The notes under the pieces: generated by a model
What the model was told of the DNA's origin: nothing
Seen by the model: the letters and a program-made list of their open reading frames with translations, nothing else
Databases searched by the model: none
Virus record (IMG/VR): IMGVR_UViG_3300009194_000008
Span: 1-64,000 of that record
Direction: 5' to 3' (one strand)
Length of the DNA stretch: 64,000 nucleotides
From: a virus
Part shown: piece by piece, positions 10,361 to 19,005 of the stretch
How the letters are laid out: every line of letters begins with the position of its first letter
How positions within the stretch are numbered: position 1 is the stretch's first letter
Program-made: the position numbers and the translations under genes

Positions 10361-10570
10361 ATGTCCAACGAAAACACCAACGATCAGCAGAAGTCCAACT
10401 CCACCGAGCAGACCACTGGCTTCTGGAAAAAGCACGGCAAGAAAATCACCCTCGCCGCCACCGGCGTCGGGATCGCCGCTGCCGGCATAGCAGCCGGTAT
10501 GGCACTGAAAACCGCAGTGGGACCGGTGGCTGAATTCGCTGAAGCCGCCGCCGACAGCGCTACCGAATAA
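10361..10570 (+). CDS. small membrane protein
   Basis: GGAG RBS; FWKKHGKK followed by an Ala/Gly-rich hydrophobic helix. Confidence 0.7.
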   Translation: MSNENTNDQQKSNSTEQTTGFWKKHGKKITLAATGVGIAAAGIAAGMALKTAVGPVAEFAEAAADSATE

Positions 10571-10648
10571 ACGGTCATGAAGGGACGGTCAACCACCGTC
10601 CCTTTCTTGTAGTAAAAAAAAACGAAAGAACTAATAAAGGTGAAACCC

Positions 10649-10795
10649 ATGTTCCGCAAAAAGTCCGAAAAGACCGAGAACGAAAAATCCTGGGAAGACG
10701 ACACTTGCCGCGATCTGAAAAGAATGACCGTGGCGTTGACCGTTATCGCGGTGGGTGCTTTCGCGGCCTCCTTCGTGATCTCTTCCAAGCAGTAA
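10649..10795 (+). CDS. 48-aa tail-anchored membrane protein (not in ORF track)
   Basis: AAGGTG RBS; MFRKKSEKTENEKSWEDDTCRDLKRMTVALTVIAVGAFAASFVISSKQ. Confidence 0.65.
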   Translation: MFRKKSEKTENEKSWEDDTCRDLKRMTVALTVIAVGAFAASFVISSKQ

Positions 10796-10839
10796 ACCAC
10801 ATCCATATAAACTGAAAGAATTCAAAAAGGAATATCCTC

Positions 10840-11220
10840 ATGAAAACCGTCAAACCGACCGCCAAGTACGACTTCCACAACGCCGCTGTTTCCGAACTGC
10901 TGAAGTTCCGCACCCCCGGAGAATACCGCCTGACGATCGGCGAGATCGAACATCGCTTCGTGGTGGATGAAGAAAGGCAAGTGATCATCTGCGTCGATAA
11001 CGACAAACGTCCCCACGCCGATGTGGTGATCGCCGTCCTCGAGATCTTCGGGCTGGCCGTTGTCCCGGTGAACATCAAGTCGCTGCGTACCGTCGAGTAT
11101 CGTCGCCGGAAGGACACCAGCCGCCTCACCCGGACCGTTGCAGGCGTGGCCCTGGGTGTGGGTATCATCGCTGGTGGTGTCGCCGTCGGAATGCATGTCC
11201 GCGGCACCGCGACCGAGTGA
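10840..11220 (+). CDS. hypothetical protein with C-terminal transmembrane helix
   Basis: AAGGA RBS; C-terminal VAGVALGVGIIAGGVAVG. Confidence 0.7.
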   Translation: MKTVKPTAKYDFHNAAVSELLKFRTPGEYRLTIGEIEHRFVVDEERQVIICVDNDKRPHADVVIAVLEIFGLAVVPVNIKSLRTVEYRRRKDTSRLTRTVAGVALGVGIIAGGVAVGMHVRGTATE

Positions 11221-11223
11221 GAG

Positions 11224-11250
11224 TAAGGGGCTTCGGCCCCTTATTTTTTT
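11224..11250 (+). terminator. intrinsic terminator
   Basis: TAAGGGGC-TTCG-GCCCCTTA followed by a T7 run. Confidence 0.8.
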
Positions 11251-11267
11251 GTTACAATACGCATAGC

Positions 11268-11284
11268 CTGTATTGTGTAGTTGA
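11268..11284 (+). promoter_or_regulatory. degenerate early promoter C-TGTATTGT-N5-TGA
   Basis: Same spacing as the other four copies; two mismatches to the consensus. Confidence 0.4.
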
Positions 11285-11307
11285 CCGACAAAAGAGGATG
11301 CCCCCTA

Positions 11308-11921
11308 TGTCTAATGTGGTAAACTTCGCGGAACGGAAAGCCCAGCGAGATACCCAACGCGCGATCGATGAGAATATCGAGAACGTAAAGAACGTGGTGA
11401 TTCCTGAAATCCAGGCCGCGATGGAAGAACAAACAGGGGTGGCGGAACAGACCAGTCGTTGTGCGATCGAGGTTCTCCACGGTTTCTTGAGTATCTCACC
11501 CCACATGCTTCCGCTGTTGGTCTTGGAGATCAATCACCACCTGGTCCATTTTTCAATACTTTCCAGAACGGGTGCGGTTATCGGTCAGCCGGAAGAACGT
11601 GCCTTTCTCACAGTTGCCCTGGAGGAATACGACGATACATCTCCCAAGACCTTTTCCTTGGCCCGTCCCGATGAACTCTGCAACCAGGTGCATTTCGAAC
11701 ACGGCTGGCACCTCGGTAAACCCATGATCCAACCGATCGGCTACCTGTGGAGTTTCCTGATGGTAGACAACTGGGTGTTTACGCACCATGAGGTCGATCC
11801 GGTTGCCATGGCGATCACCCAACAGTGGTGTCGTGAAGGGTATCGACTCACCACCACGATGAACCATGACCGCCTGGAGACCACAATCCGGGAATGGGAG
11901 TACCCACTCAATGATCATTGA
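11308..11921 (+). CDS. hypothetical protein
   Basis: GAGGA RBS before MSNVVNFAERK; track start 11217 overlaps the terminator. Confidence 0.65.
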
Positions 11922-12363
11922 AGAACGCACTGGGAACATCTTTACCTCAGGGTGTCAGACCATCACGGTCACCACCAACTGTGTCGGGGTCATGGGGAAA
12001 GGCATTGCCCTGGAAGCCAAGCAACGTTTCCCCGAGGTGGTTGAACCCTATCAACGGGCCTGTAAATCGGGAGACCATGCAATTGGTAAACCTGTAATGT
12101 ACCAAACGGGACATGACAACTGGCTGTTGTTGTTTCCCACCAAACAGCATTGGCGTAATGCCAGTGAACTCGGATGGATCGAGGAGGGACTGAAGGCCCT
12201 GCGCCGGGACGCCCTCCTTTACCCCTTCAACCAAATCCGTCAACTAGCAATGGCACCGTTAGGGTGTGGTAACGGTGGGCTGGATTACATCCGTGACGTC
12301 CGCCCGCTGATCTACCGCTACCTTGACCCTTGGCCGGTTGAGGTCATTTTGTACAAGTCGTAA
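11911..12363 (+). CDS. macrodomain ADP-ribose glycohydrolase, DarG/TARG1-like
   Basis: GNIF, NCVGVMGKGIA, FPTKQHWR and LGCGNGGL motifs. Confidence 0.85.
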   Translation: MIIEERTGNIFTSGCQTITVTTNCVGVMGKGIALEAKQRFPEVVEPYQRACKSGDHAIGKPVMYQTGHDNWLLLFPTKQHWRNASELGWIEEGLKALRRDALLYPFNQIRQLAMAPLGCGNGGLDYIRDVRPLIYRYLDPWPVEVILYKS

Positions 12364-12377
12364 ACAGGAGCAAGAAC

Positions 12378-12671
12378 ATGTATACCACTGTATCAGACCA
12401 AAAGCACGAGTGGAAAATCCTGGTAGGTGCAACACTGTTGATGTTGCTTCTGTGGGGACTGAGTACCATCCCGACAGTGGTTGCCCAATCACGGGTGACG
12501 CCGGACGTCGGAGACGCCATTACCGTCTTTGTTGAAACGTATGATCTCACCGATCAGGAACGCCAGGAACTCACCGACGTGGTGGCGGACTGGTTGACAC
12601 GTAACCCCTCGCTGGGTGACCAGCCGATATATGTCTACCAGCTGATGAAACAACACCAAAACGTTCAGTAA
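12378..12671 (+). CDS. hypothetical membrane/secreted protein
   Basis: CAGGAG RBS; N-terminal hydrophobic helix. Confidence 0.65.
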   Translation: MYTTVSDQKHEWKILVGATLLMLLLWGLSTIPTVVAQSRVTPDVGDAITVFVETYDLTDQERQELTDVVADWLTRNPSLGDQPIYVYQLMKQHQNVQ

Positions 12672-12733
12672 CTATATATTGTCCCTCCCGGATGGGAGGG
12701 ATCGTTTATGTCATAACCAAAGAGGAAAGAAAA

Positions 12734-13390
12734 ATGTACAGTAGTCCACTCGATCACCTTACGATTACCGATGGTAAACTCGACAATATCACTAAAGACT
12801 ACGTTGACTTTGTGTTTCGTGATGAACATTACCATAGCCTGACGGTAGACGAAGCGAAACAAGAGGAGTCGATATTTGGTGTTGACCTATCCACTGATCT
12901 CGCCGAAAAGAACCCTTGGTATTGTGTGTGTTTTACCGAGGCCCGTCACCATCCCAGCTATACGCCACGGAGGATATATTGGGTTGTGGTAACGAATGAC
13001 CAACTCATAGAAGTTCGCCACTATCCAGAGCAGACCTGCGGTGGATTAATTACTCGGTCACCTTTTGTAGAGTATTGTCGGTTCCCACTCGTGATAAATA
13101 TTGGTGAAAATATTACCTGGTTAAGCAAATGTAGCTGTGATGAGGACGGGGATGAGATTATCATTCCTGAGGAACTTCACCCATACCACTTACTCTTGAA
13201 AGATTATGTACCCGATGAAGTGGTGGCGTATTATGCCCCTAAACTATTTGAGGAGTTAGACGCTTATTTGCTTATGACATGCGAAACCCCCCGGGACGGT
13301 ACGCATTATGGTGACTTGTTTAATGTAACAATGCCGATCGTTACCGACAACCCTGATATCGCACTTAAGAAAAGCAAGCATCAAAATTAA
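12734..13390 (+). CDS. hypothetical protein (AT-richer than flanks)
   Basis: GAGGA RBS upstream of ATG 12734; track start 12692 lies in a hairpin. Confidence 0.65.
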   Translation: MYSSPLDHLTITDGKLDNITKDYVDFVFRDEHYHSLTVDEAKQEESIFGVDLSTDLAEKNPWYCVCFTEARHHPSYTPRRIYWVVVTNDQLIEVRHYPEQTCGGLITRSPFVEYCRFPLVINIGENITWLSKCSCDEDGDEIIIPEELHPYHLLLKDYVPDEVVAYYAPKLFEELDAYLLMTCETPRDGTHYGDLFNVTMPIVTDNPDIALKKSKHQN

Positions 13391-13509
13391 ACTATGCGAA
13401 ACACCTTAATACTATGTCGTGGTGCTTCAGGTTACCTGTCACGTCACCGCGCCATGACGGTCCTCCCTTCGGGGAGGACCTTTTATGCCACATACCAAAG
13501 GAACCACGG

Positions 13510-13884
13510 ATGACCAAGTTGTTCGTTCACTTAGCCAACGGTGAGGGACAACGTTATTTCGATAACATCATTGAGTATCTAAGCACGGCGTACACCGAAG
13601 AACTCAAACAGCTATATACCGCCGCTGCGGACTATGCCTATTGGCGATTAAAGCTTGAGGGAGGAGAGCGAGCCGAAGAACACCAATGGTTAGTTACTGA
13701 AATAACGTCAGAGGGTGTCCCTAATGTGCCTGAAGCCGTGTTATTCACGGAATGGGAATGCCTCTACTACGTCCTCTATCCGGTATTGATAAGCCACCCG
13801 ATGCACCTGATTGCCTGCATTAGTCCGGCTACTGATGATGATCTTAACCTAATTGGGTTTTTCATCATCTTGCATCCAAATTAA
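13510..13884 (+). CDS. hypothetical protein (likely paralogue of 5771-6151)
   Basis: AAGGA RBS before MTKLFVHL. Confidence 0.65.
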   Translation: MTKLFVHLANGEGQRYFDNIIEYLSTAYTEELKQLYTAAADYAYWRLKLEGGERAEEHQWLVTEITSEGVPNVPEAVLFTEWECLYYVLYPVLISHPMHLIACISPATDDDLNLIGFFIILHPN

Positions 13885-13896
13885 CAGGAGAACACC

Positions 13897-14457
13897 ATGA
13901 CCGTTAAAGCCGACGACATTAACATCACCCTGATCGCCGCCATGAACTACCGACGAGTACTGGGGGATGGTGAGAAACTCCTCTGGAAAAACCGTGAGGA
14001 CCTCAACCACTTCAAGGAGATGACTGAGGGCCATGTGCTGGTGATGGGGCGTCGGACCTATGACTCACTGCCCTTCGAGGGGGGTTTCCCCAACCGCTGG
14101 AATATCGTGATCAGCCGCACACCGTTGTTTGCTGACACGACAACACTGCGTAACGCCGGTGGGGTAATCAATGCACTGGCATTGGCACGTGACATGGCGG
14201 CTGATCTGTCTAACCGGTTTGACAAGACCCATAAGGTGTTCTGTGTCGGAGGTGGTGAGGTTTATCGTGCGGCACTGGAACATGCCGACCGCATCCTCTT
14301 AACTACCATCCCCAATGATCTCGAAGGGAACGTAACCTTCCCGGTGTTTGAGCAAGACTCTTCTTGGGTACTGGAAAAACAGGAGGTCGGAGATACCCGT
14401 CAAGACGGTAGTGCCAACATCTACACTGTCTGGGAGCGCAATCAAAACACCGCCTAG
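13897..14457 (+). CDS. folA: dihydrofolate reductase
   Basis: LIAAM..RVLG...LLW..REDLNHFKEMT, VMGRRTYDSLP, FPNRWNIVISR, VGGGEVY and GNVTFP motifs. Confidence 0.93.
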   Translation: MTVKADDINITLIAAMNYRRVLGDGEKLLWKNREDLNHFKEMTEGHVLVMGRRTYDSLPFEGGFPNRWNIVISRTPLFADTTTLRNAGGVINALALARDMAADLSNRFDKTHKVFCVGGGEVYRAALEHADRILLTTIPNDLEGNVTFPVFEQDSSWVLEKQEVGDTRQDGSANIYTVWERNQNTA

Positions 14458-14505
14458 GTCCTTTACGTAAGGATCTTTGCTTATACCGTCATTGGAGATA
14501 ACCCC

Positions 14506-15147
14506 ATGTTTAGCGTCTGTAATTTTAAACACCAAGAATTGCAAATCGATACCGACGGCGATACCCCCCGTATCGCCAACATGTCTGCTGCCGTAGCCCA
14601 CTCCATGCTGTCTGACAGTTTGGAAGAGGCTCCAGTAGATCATGAGATCATATGTGGAATAGCCACTCCGCATTTGGGGTCGGCACTGCTGGTTGGTGAC
14701 GATGACCCTGACTGGATCTGCATGCGGGTGAAGGAAGAGTACCGTGAGGCGAATAGCACCGAGTGGTATGTGTTCACCTCCACCCGTGTTCGCAATATTC
14801 AGTATTTCCATAGCCAGGAGTTCCCCTCCATCGGTGGACGTCAAGGGGTCATTGTGGTCCATGACTACCCGTTAGTCCTCCCAACCGCCAAATACCACGA
14901 GTGGTTGAGAAGCCTGAAACCGAATAATCCGGAACTGTCCACCAAGACAATCCCGGAAGGGGAACATGACTACCTGGTTCTCTGGACACTGGAAGACAAT
15001 TACCTGATGTACGTGTCAGAGGCTCCGCTGGAAGATAACTGGGTGGAAAGCATGGTGGTGACGTCCAAGTTGAGCGATTCCACCGAACTCAACCTACCGA
15101 TCGAGGCGTTTATCTCTATCGACGAGGACGAGGTATTCGACGACTGA
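14506..15147 (+). CDS. hypothetical protein
   Basis: GGAG RBS; 213 aa; followed by a hairpin and T run. Confidence 0.7.
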   Translation: MFSVCNFKHQELQIDTDGDTPRIANMSAAVAHSMLSDSLEEAPVDHEIICGIATPHLGSALLVGDDDPDWICMRVKEEYREANSTEWYVFTSTRVRNIQYFHSQEFPSIGGRQGVIVVHDYPLVLPTAKYHEWLRSLKPNNPELSTKTIPEGEHDYLVLWTLEDNYLMYVSEAPLEDNWVESMVVTSKLSDSTELNLPIEAFISIDEDEVFDD

Positions 15148-15156
15148 CCAACCGGT

Positions 15157-15182
15157 ACCCTCTCCTACGGGAGAGGGTTTTT
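15157..15182 (+). terminator. intrinsic terminator
   Basis: ACCCTCTCC-TACG-GGAGAGGGT followed by Ts. Confidence 0.75.
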
Positions 15183-15256
15183 CTCCGCGTCTTTTTTTTT
15201 TGATTATGGTATGGCTAGTAACCGTACTAGAAAAGGACGTATAACAGGAGAATTCC

Positions 15257-15748
15257 ATGCGGACGATGTTTCGTCGATTATTCGGTCACCCTTCGGTGGT
15301 TGATCCCCAACGTGAACAGTTTACCAAAACCTCACATGCCTTTCTTACTGACAGCGATCGTGCCGAGGGAATCAAACGCCTATCTCAGATTTACGAGCCC
15401 TTCAAGGTTATCCAACGCTTCCTGGCCTTATGTGTGGTGTTAACCTATCTCGCCGTCTGGATCATCTGCGTGGCCCTGTTCGTTTTCTACATTGGGCTGT
15501 TTATCATTGATGCCATCCGCAGTGACCTGTCTTTGATGACGCAGGTCAATGACCTGAAGAACAACATTGATGAGGTGTTCTTCTTGAACGCCATTAAAGA
15601 GCTGGCTTCACTCAATCAAGATACGTTGGGACTTCCCGCAGGTCTCGTACTGTCCCTGTATTTCGGTGGGGGCTTTGTTGAAGGGGTAATTGAACGTTTC
15701 CCTAATATGAAAGGTAGCACTAAAGGGACTCCGCCCACTCAGCCATAA
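15257..15748 (+). CDS. membrane protein, possibly holin-like
   Basis: CAGGAG RBS; YEPFKVIQRFLAL followed by TM helices and YFGGG, resembling phage TM-helix/holin-like proteins. Confidence 0.5.
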   Translation: MRTMFRRLFGHPSVVDPQREQFTKTSHAFLTDSDRAEGIKRLSQIYEPFKVIQRFLALCVVLTYLAVWIICVALFVFYIGLFIIDAIRSDLSLMTQVNDLKNNIDEVFFLNAIKELASLNQDTLGLPAGLVLSLYFGGGFVEGVIERFPNMKGSTKGTPPTQP

Positions 15749-15751
15749 CAC

Positions 15752-15790
15752 GACATAATCCCTCCCCGTGCTGGGGAGGGACGTTATGTC
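15752..15790. terminator. bidirectional terminator GACATAA-hairpin-TTATGTC
   Basis: Between convergent genes; TCCCTCCCC/GGGGAGGGA stem. Confidence 0.8.
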
Positions 15791-15887
15791 ATTTCTGTGT
15801 AGCAATCACAATCCCGGCGGCCACAACCAATCCGATCTGGACACCGACCAACAGTACCTCGAGTTGACGGAATTTAGCGATATTCAT
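15789..15887 (-). CDS. 32-aa membrane peptide (not in ORF track)
   Basis: MNIAKFRQLEVLLVGVQIGLVVAAGIVIATQK; starts immediately after the stop of 15889-16191 and ends at the terminator. Confidence 0.55.
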   Translation of the reverse strand: MNIAKFRQLEVLLVGVQIGLVVAAGIVIATQK

Positions 15888-15888
15888 A

Positions 15889-16191
15889 TCAGGCCCCTTT
15901 AGTGGTAAAGCCATAAGCATCCGAGAAAGCATCCTTGAGCCACTCGGGGATAGCGAAGCGATGACAACGAAGAAGTTCCATCAACGCATCGAAATATTCA
16001 CTCTCGGTGGTGGGAAGGGGGATCTCCAGTTTACGGAGCTCTTCAAATACCCGCTCACGAATAGCCGCGGTATCGAGTGTTTCAACGGGCACATGACGAC
16101 GCAGTAAGTAACCCACGACTGCCATTCCAATCCCGGCTCCCACTACCAGTGCCGCAGTGCCATAACGCTGTTTCTTTTGCTTGTTGTGCAT
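15889..16191 (-). CDS. hypothetical protein with N-terminal TM helix
   Basis: AGGAGG RBS; 100 aa. Confidence 0.75.
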   Translation of the reverse strand: MHNKQKKQRYGTAALVVGAGIGMAVVGYLLRRHVPVETLDTAAIRERVFEELRKLEIPLPTTESEYFDALMELLRCHRFAIPEWLKDAFSDAYGFTTKGA

Positions 16192-16308
16192 AATGCACCT
16201 CCTGGAGGTTATAGTGCTATATAGTTAACCAGCCGGGTATTTTGTAAAGTCACCAAAAAGAAACCCCAATGACATAACCCCTCCCCGGAGGGAGGGATCG
16301 TAACGATA

Positions 16309-16758
16309 CTAGATTTGAACGAGAGTTATCTTGGAGATATCGGTTCCGGGGGTAATTTTCAAGTGGTCCTTACCATCCATAGAGAAGACGAAAAGGCTCA
16401 AGGTGGGATCGTCGCTATCAGGGTCCCCAATGTTCAGTTCGGTGTCATCGCGGGTGGCTTGGGGTAACTGTGAGTGAAGGGCGTTCACCCAGACTGCGAC
16501 ACTACCCCGGATATAGACATCAACGTACAGATCATCCCGGTGGTGGGGTTTCTGCTGTAACCACTCATTAACCACCTCAACGGTTTTATTGATCAGGGGG
16601 TGTGTGGGCTCTATGCCATCCATTTCGTAAAGCTCCCAACGTTGCTCATCAAGAACCTGGGCAAACTCATCGCCCAGGGGTTCTTGGTGGGTAACTAACC
16701 GCTTACACAGCTCACCCATGGCTTCTTTTAATTTCGCATCCTCTACAGTGCCCACCAT
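16309..16758 (-). CDS. hypothetical protein
   Basis: Overlaps the helicase 3' end; followed by a hairpin at 16271-16297. Confidence 0.6.
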   Translation of the reverse strand: MVGTVEDAKLKEAMGELCKRLVTHQEPLGDEFAQVLDEQRWELYEMDGIEPTHPLINKTVEVVNEWLQQKPHHRDDLYVDVYIRGSVAVWVNALHSQLPQATRDDTELNIGDPDSDDPTLSLFVFSMDGKDHLKITPGTDISKITLVQI

Positions 16759-18281
16759 GCTTCCTCCTGATCACTACCCAGCTGACCACCACCCGGCATG
16801 GCCAATGTCATCTCTTCATCGCGATCCACATCCCACGGAATGGTACCGATCGGCTTGAACGGCAACACAAAGTATTGGTCTTTTTCCTGGGTGACCACGT
16901 TACGGTGCTTACCCCGTTGCACGGTCAGGAAGGATTCGCCATTGATCACGACCTTATGGATGAACAGTTCCAGATCAGGCTCCTGACCCAGACGCCGGCA
17001 ACCATCGTAGTAACCCTTGTTGGCCACCACCTTAACAAAGTCTTCCACGTTCTCACGAGTCAACTGCAGCGCGTCGGACGAGAGCTGGTGAGGGGTGATG
17101 CAGGTAATGCCACGCGGAGCGGTGTAGTTACGTATCTGACGGAACAGCATCCGAATATCATCGCCAGCCACCTTAGCCTCAAGACCCGCCTTAGAGGCCA
17201 TGGCCAGGTAGTCGATGAACAACGCGACAATCTCATAGCCGTCGGCATACAGACCGTCGAGTTGGGATTTGATAGAGGCACAGGTAAACTCACTGGGATC
17301 AAAGCGATCCATGCGAATTTCAAAGCCGGTTTCGCGTAACCGTTCTGAAACGTAGGCCGCTGCCTCGTTGACGTTGACTTCCGATTCAATCACCGGCTCG
17401 CCAGTGTCGTTCTCTTTGAGGTACTTATAGATCCACAACATGTTGTCAGGGATCTCGTTCTCAAAGGTAATAAAGTATAGCAGGGGTTTACGGGTCTTAT
17501 CGCGCAGGAACGGTTTGTTGAACAGCGCCGCGTGAGTGAACAGTGAGAGCATAAACCCAGATTTGAAGCTATGCTGAAGACCCCCGACCGTTACAAACTC
17601 ACCACGCTTCAGTGCACCAACCTTACCCAGTGCTCGGTTGAGGCCCTTCCACCCCATCTGTAGGGCACCTTCGGTGGACATGGTGTTCTTGACGTTGGTG
17701 AATTGTTTGGCGAGTTCTCCCGCTTCCCCAAAATCGATACTACCCATTTGTGCTGGGTGACGCTGTGTGGTACGGGCTTCCACCAGGGGCTCCAGGCGTG
17801 CCCCCATACTACTGACTTCTTCGACGATGTCATGGATCTGCCCCCGTTTGAACACCATGCGGTGATGGGTGTCCTTGAGGATGGACATGATCTTTTCGTC
17901 GGTCAGGTGTTTGGTCAGGTTATTGCGATAGGACTGAATGGTCTTGACAATGGACTTGACGTCTTCGTACTTTTCCATCAGCGCAGTCATTAACGCTTCG
18001 TACAGAAAGTTCTCTTCGCGACATGCCACTTGAATCTGTTGGAGGACTTCGGTCTCACTCGGGAAATTATCCGCCGTCCGTCCGTTCAACCAGATCACTG
18101 AACTGCGTAATTCCAGAAACGTTTGACGACTGTGATCGTGGTCGATGGTCCCCTCGGGGATCGGTAGCGAATCAATGATGTTCGCCACTAGTTCATTGGA
18201 TGGCGACGTGGCCACCCCTTCACGGTGTTCGAGGCAAAGTAACGTAGCACAGTTGATTAACAGTTGCTTGGGGGAGAACAT
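16743..18281 (-). CDS. dnaB: DnaB-like replicative helicase (phiKZ gp118-like)
   Basis: Variant Walker A GGLQHSFKSG, ITFENE, FIDYL, TPHQLS and QRGKHR motifs; divergent from the capsid operon as in phiKZ. Confidence 0.88.
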   Translation of the reverse strand: MFSPKQLLINCATLLCLEHREGVATSPSNELVANIIDSLPIPEGTIDHDHSRQTFLELRSSVIWLNGRTADNFPSETEVLQQIQVACREENFLYEALMTALMEKYEDVKSIVKTIQSYRNNLTKHLTDEKIMSILKDTHHRMVFKRGQIHDIVEEVSSMGARLEPLVEARTTQRHPAQMGSIDFGEAGELAKQFTNVKNTMSTEGALQMGWKGLNRALGKVGALKRGEFVTVGGLQHSFKSGFMLSLFTHAALFNKPFLRDKTRKPLLYFITFENEIPDNMLWIYKYLKENDTGEPVIESEVNVNEAAAYVSERLRETGFEIRMDRFDPSEFTCASIKSQLDGLYADGYEIVALFIDYLAMASKAGLEAKVAGDDIRMLFRQIRNYTAPRGITCITPHQLSSDALQLTRENVEDFVKVVANKGYYDGCRRLGQEPDLELFIHKVVINGESFLTVQRGKHRNVVTQEKDQYFVLPFKPIGTIPWDVDRDEEMTLAMPGGGQLGSDQEEAWWAL

Positions 18282-18408
18282 GAAAGCGTATCCTTACCTG
18301 GGTTGTCTCTCGTGGCGTAGGATATTTAACCTGGGTAGTTTTTCACCCTCTATGTTTATGACACACGAATAACCGCGTGATAGCCCTACCATTTTATAGG
18401 ATACCCGC

Positions 18409-18936
18409 ATGCCGAAACTGCTGGTGGTTCCCCAGGACGTCGTTCGTATGATGGACGATGAGGGGATTCCGTTGTCAACGTTGGGCGATATTGATCGTAT
18501 GAGTGACGCGTTATCCGCGCATGATATGGCAGAGATCCATTTAGCGCATAAGGCGTTCCCTTTCGAATTCGATCAATCCCTCCAGATTGAGCCGGCCCGA
18601 TCACCCCTGGTCGAACTGGCAGAAGTCAAAGCACACGAGGAATTGTACCATCGTGTGAATGAACGTATACAGACGTTAAAGCTTCAGGACGAAAGTTCTA
18701 CTGAACGCTTTACTCCTGTGTACACGCTTAATCCTGTAGACGAAACGCTCTGGGTCGTAGTGCTGCAGAGGCAGGGCTCACCGGAAGGCGATCCTTACCA
18801 AGCGTTGCTCTCAGCTAATCGGGGTTTCTTTGATTCCCTGATGGCGCAGGCTTTACACCTCCACCCGTTCGAACGAGTGTGTAGCACTAACCTCTTCACC
18901 TATTATGTAGGAGCACTGCCCGTTAAAGCGGCGTAG
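18409..18936 (+). CDS. virion protein upstream of major capsid (phiKZ gp119-like position)
   Basis: AGGA RBS; synteny. Confidence 0.55.
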   Translation: MPKLLVVPQDVVRMMDDEGIPLSTLGDIDRMSDALSAHDMAEIHLAHKAFPFEFDQSLQIEPARSPLVELAEVKAHEELYHRVNERIQTLKLQDESSTERFTPVYTLNPVDETLWVVVLQRQGSPEGDPYQALLSANRGFFDSLMAQALHLHPFERVCSTNLFTYYVGALPVKAA

Positions 18937-19005
18937 TTTGTACCTAGATAGTATGTTGAAGTGCGTTACCTTAAACCCTTCCTACGCGTAAGGAAAAAAC
19001 GACTC

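Noticed and set aside
15192-15201. T10 homopolymer as a phase-variation site
   Set aside because: Intergenic and just downstream of a terminator hairpin; no coding consequence.
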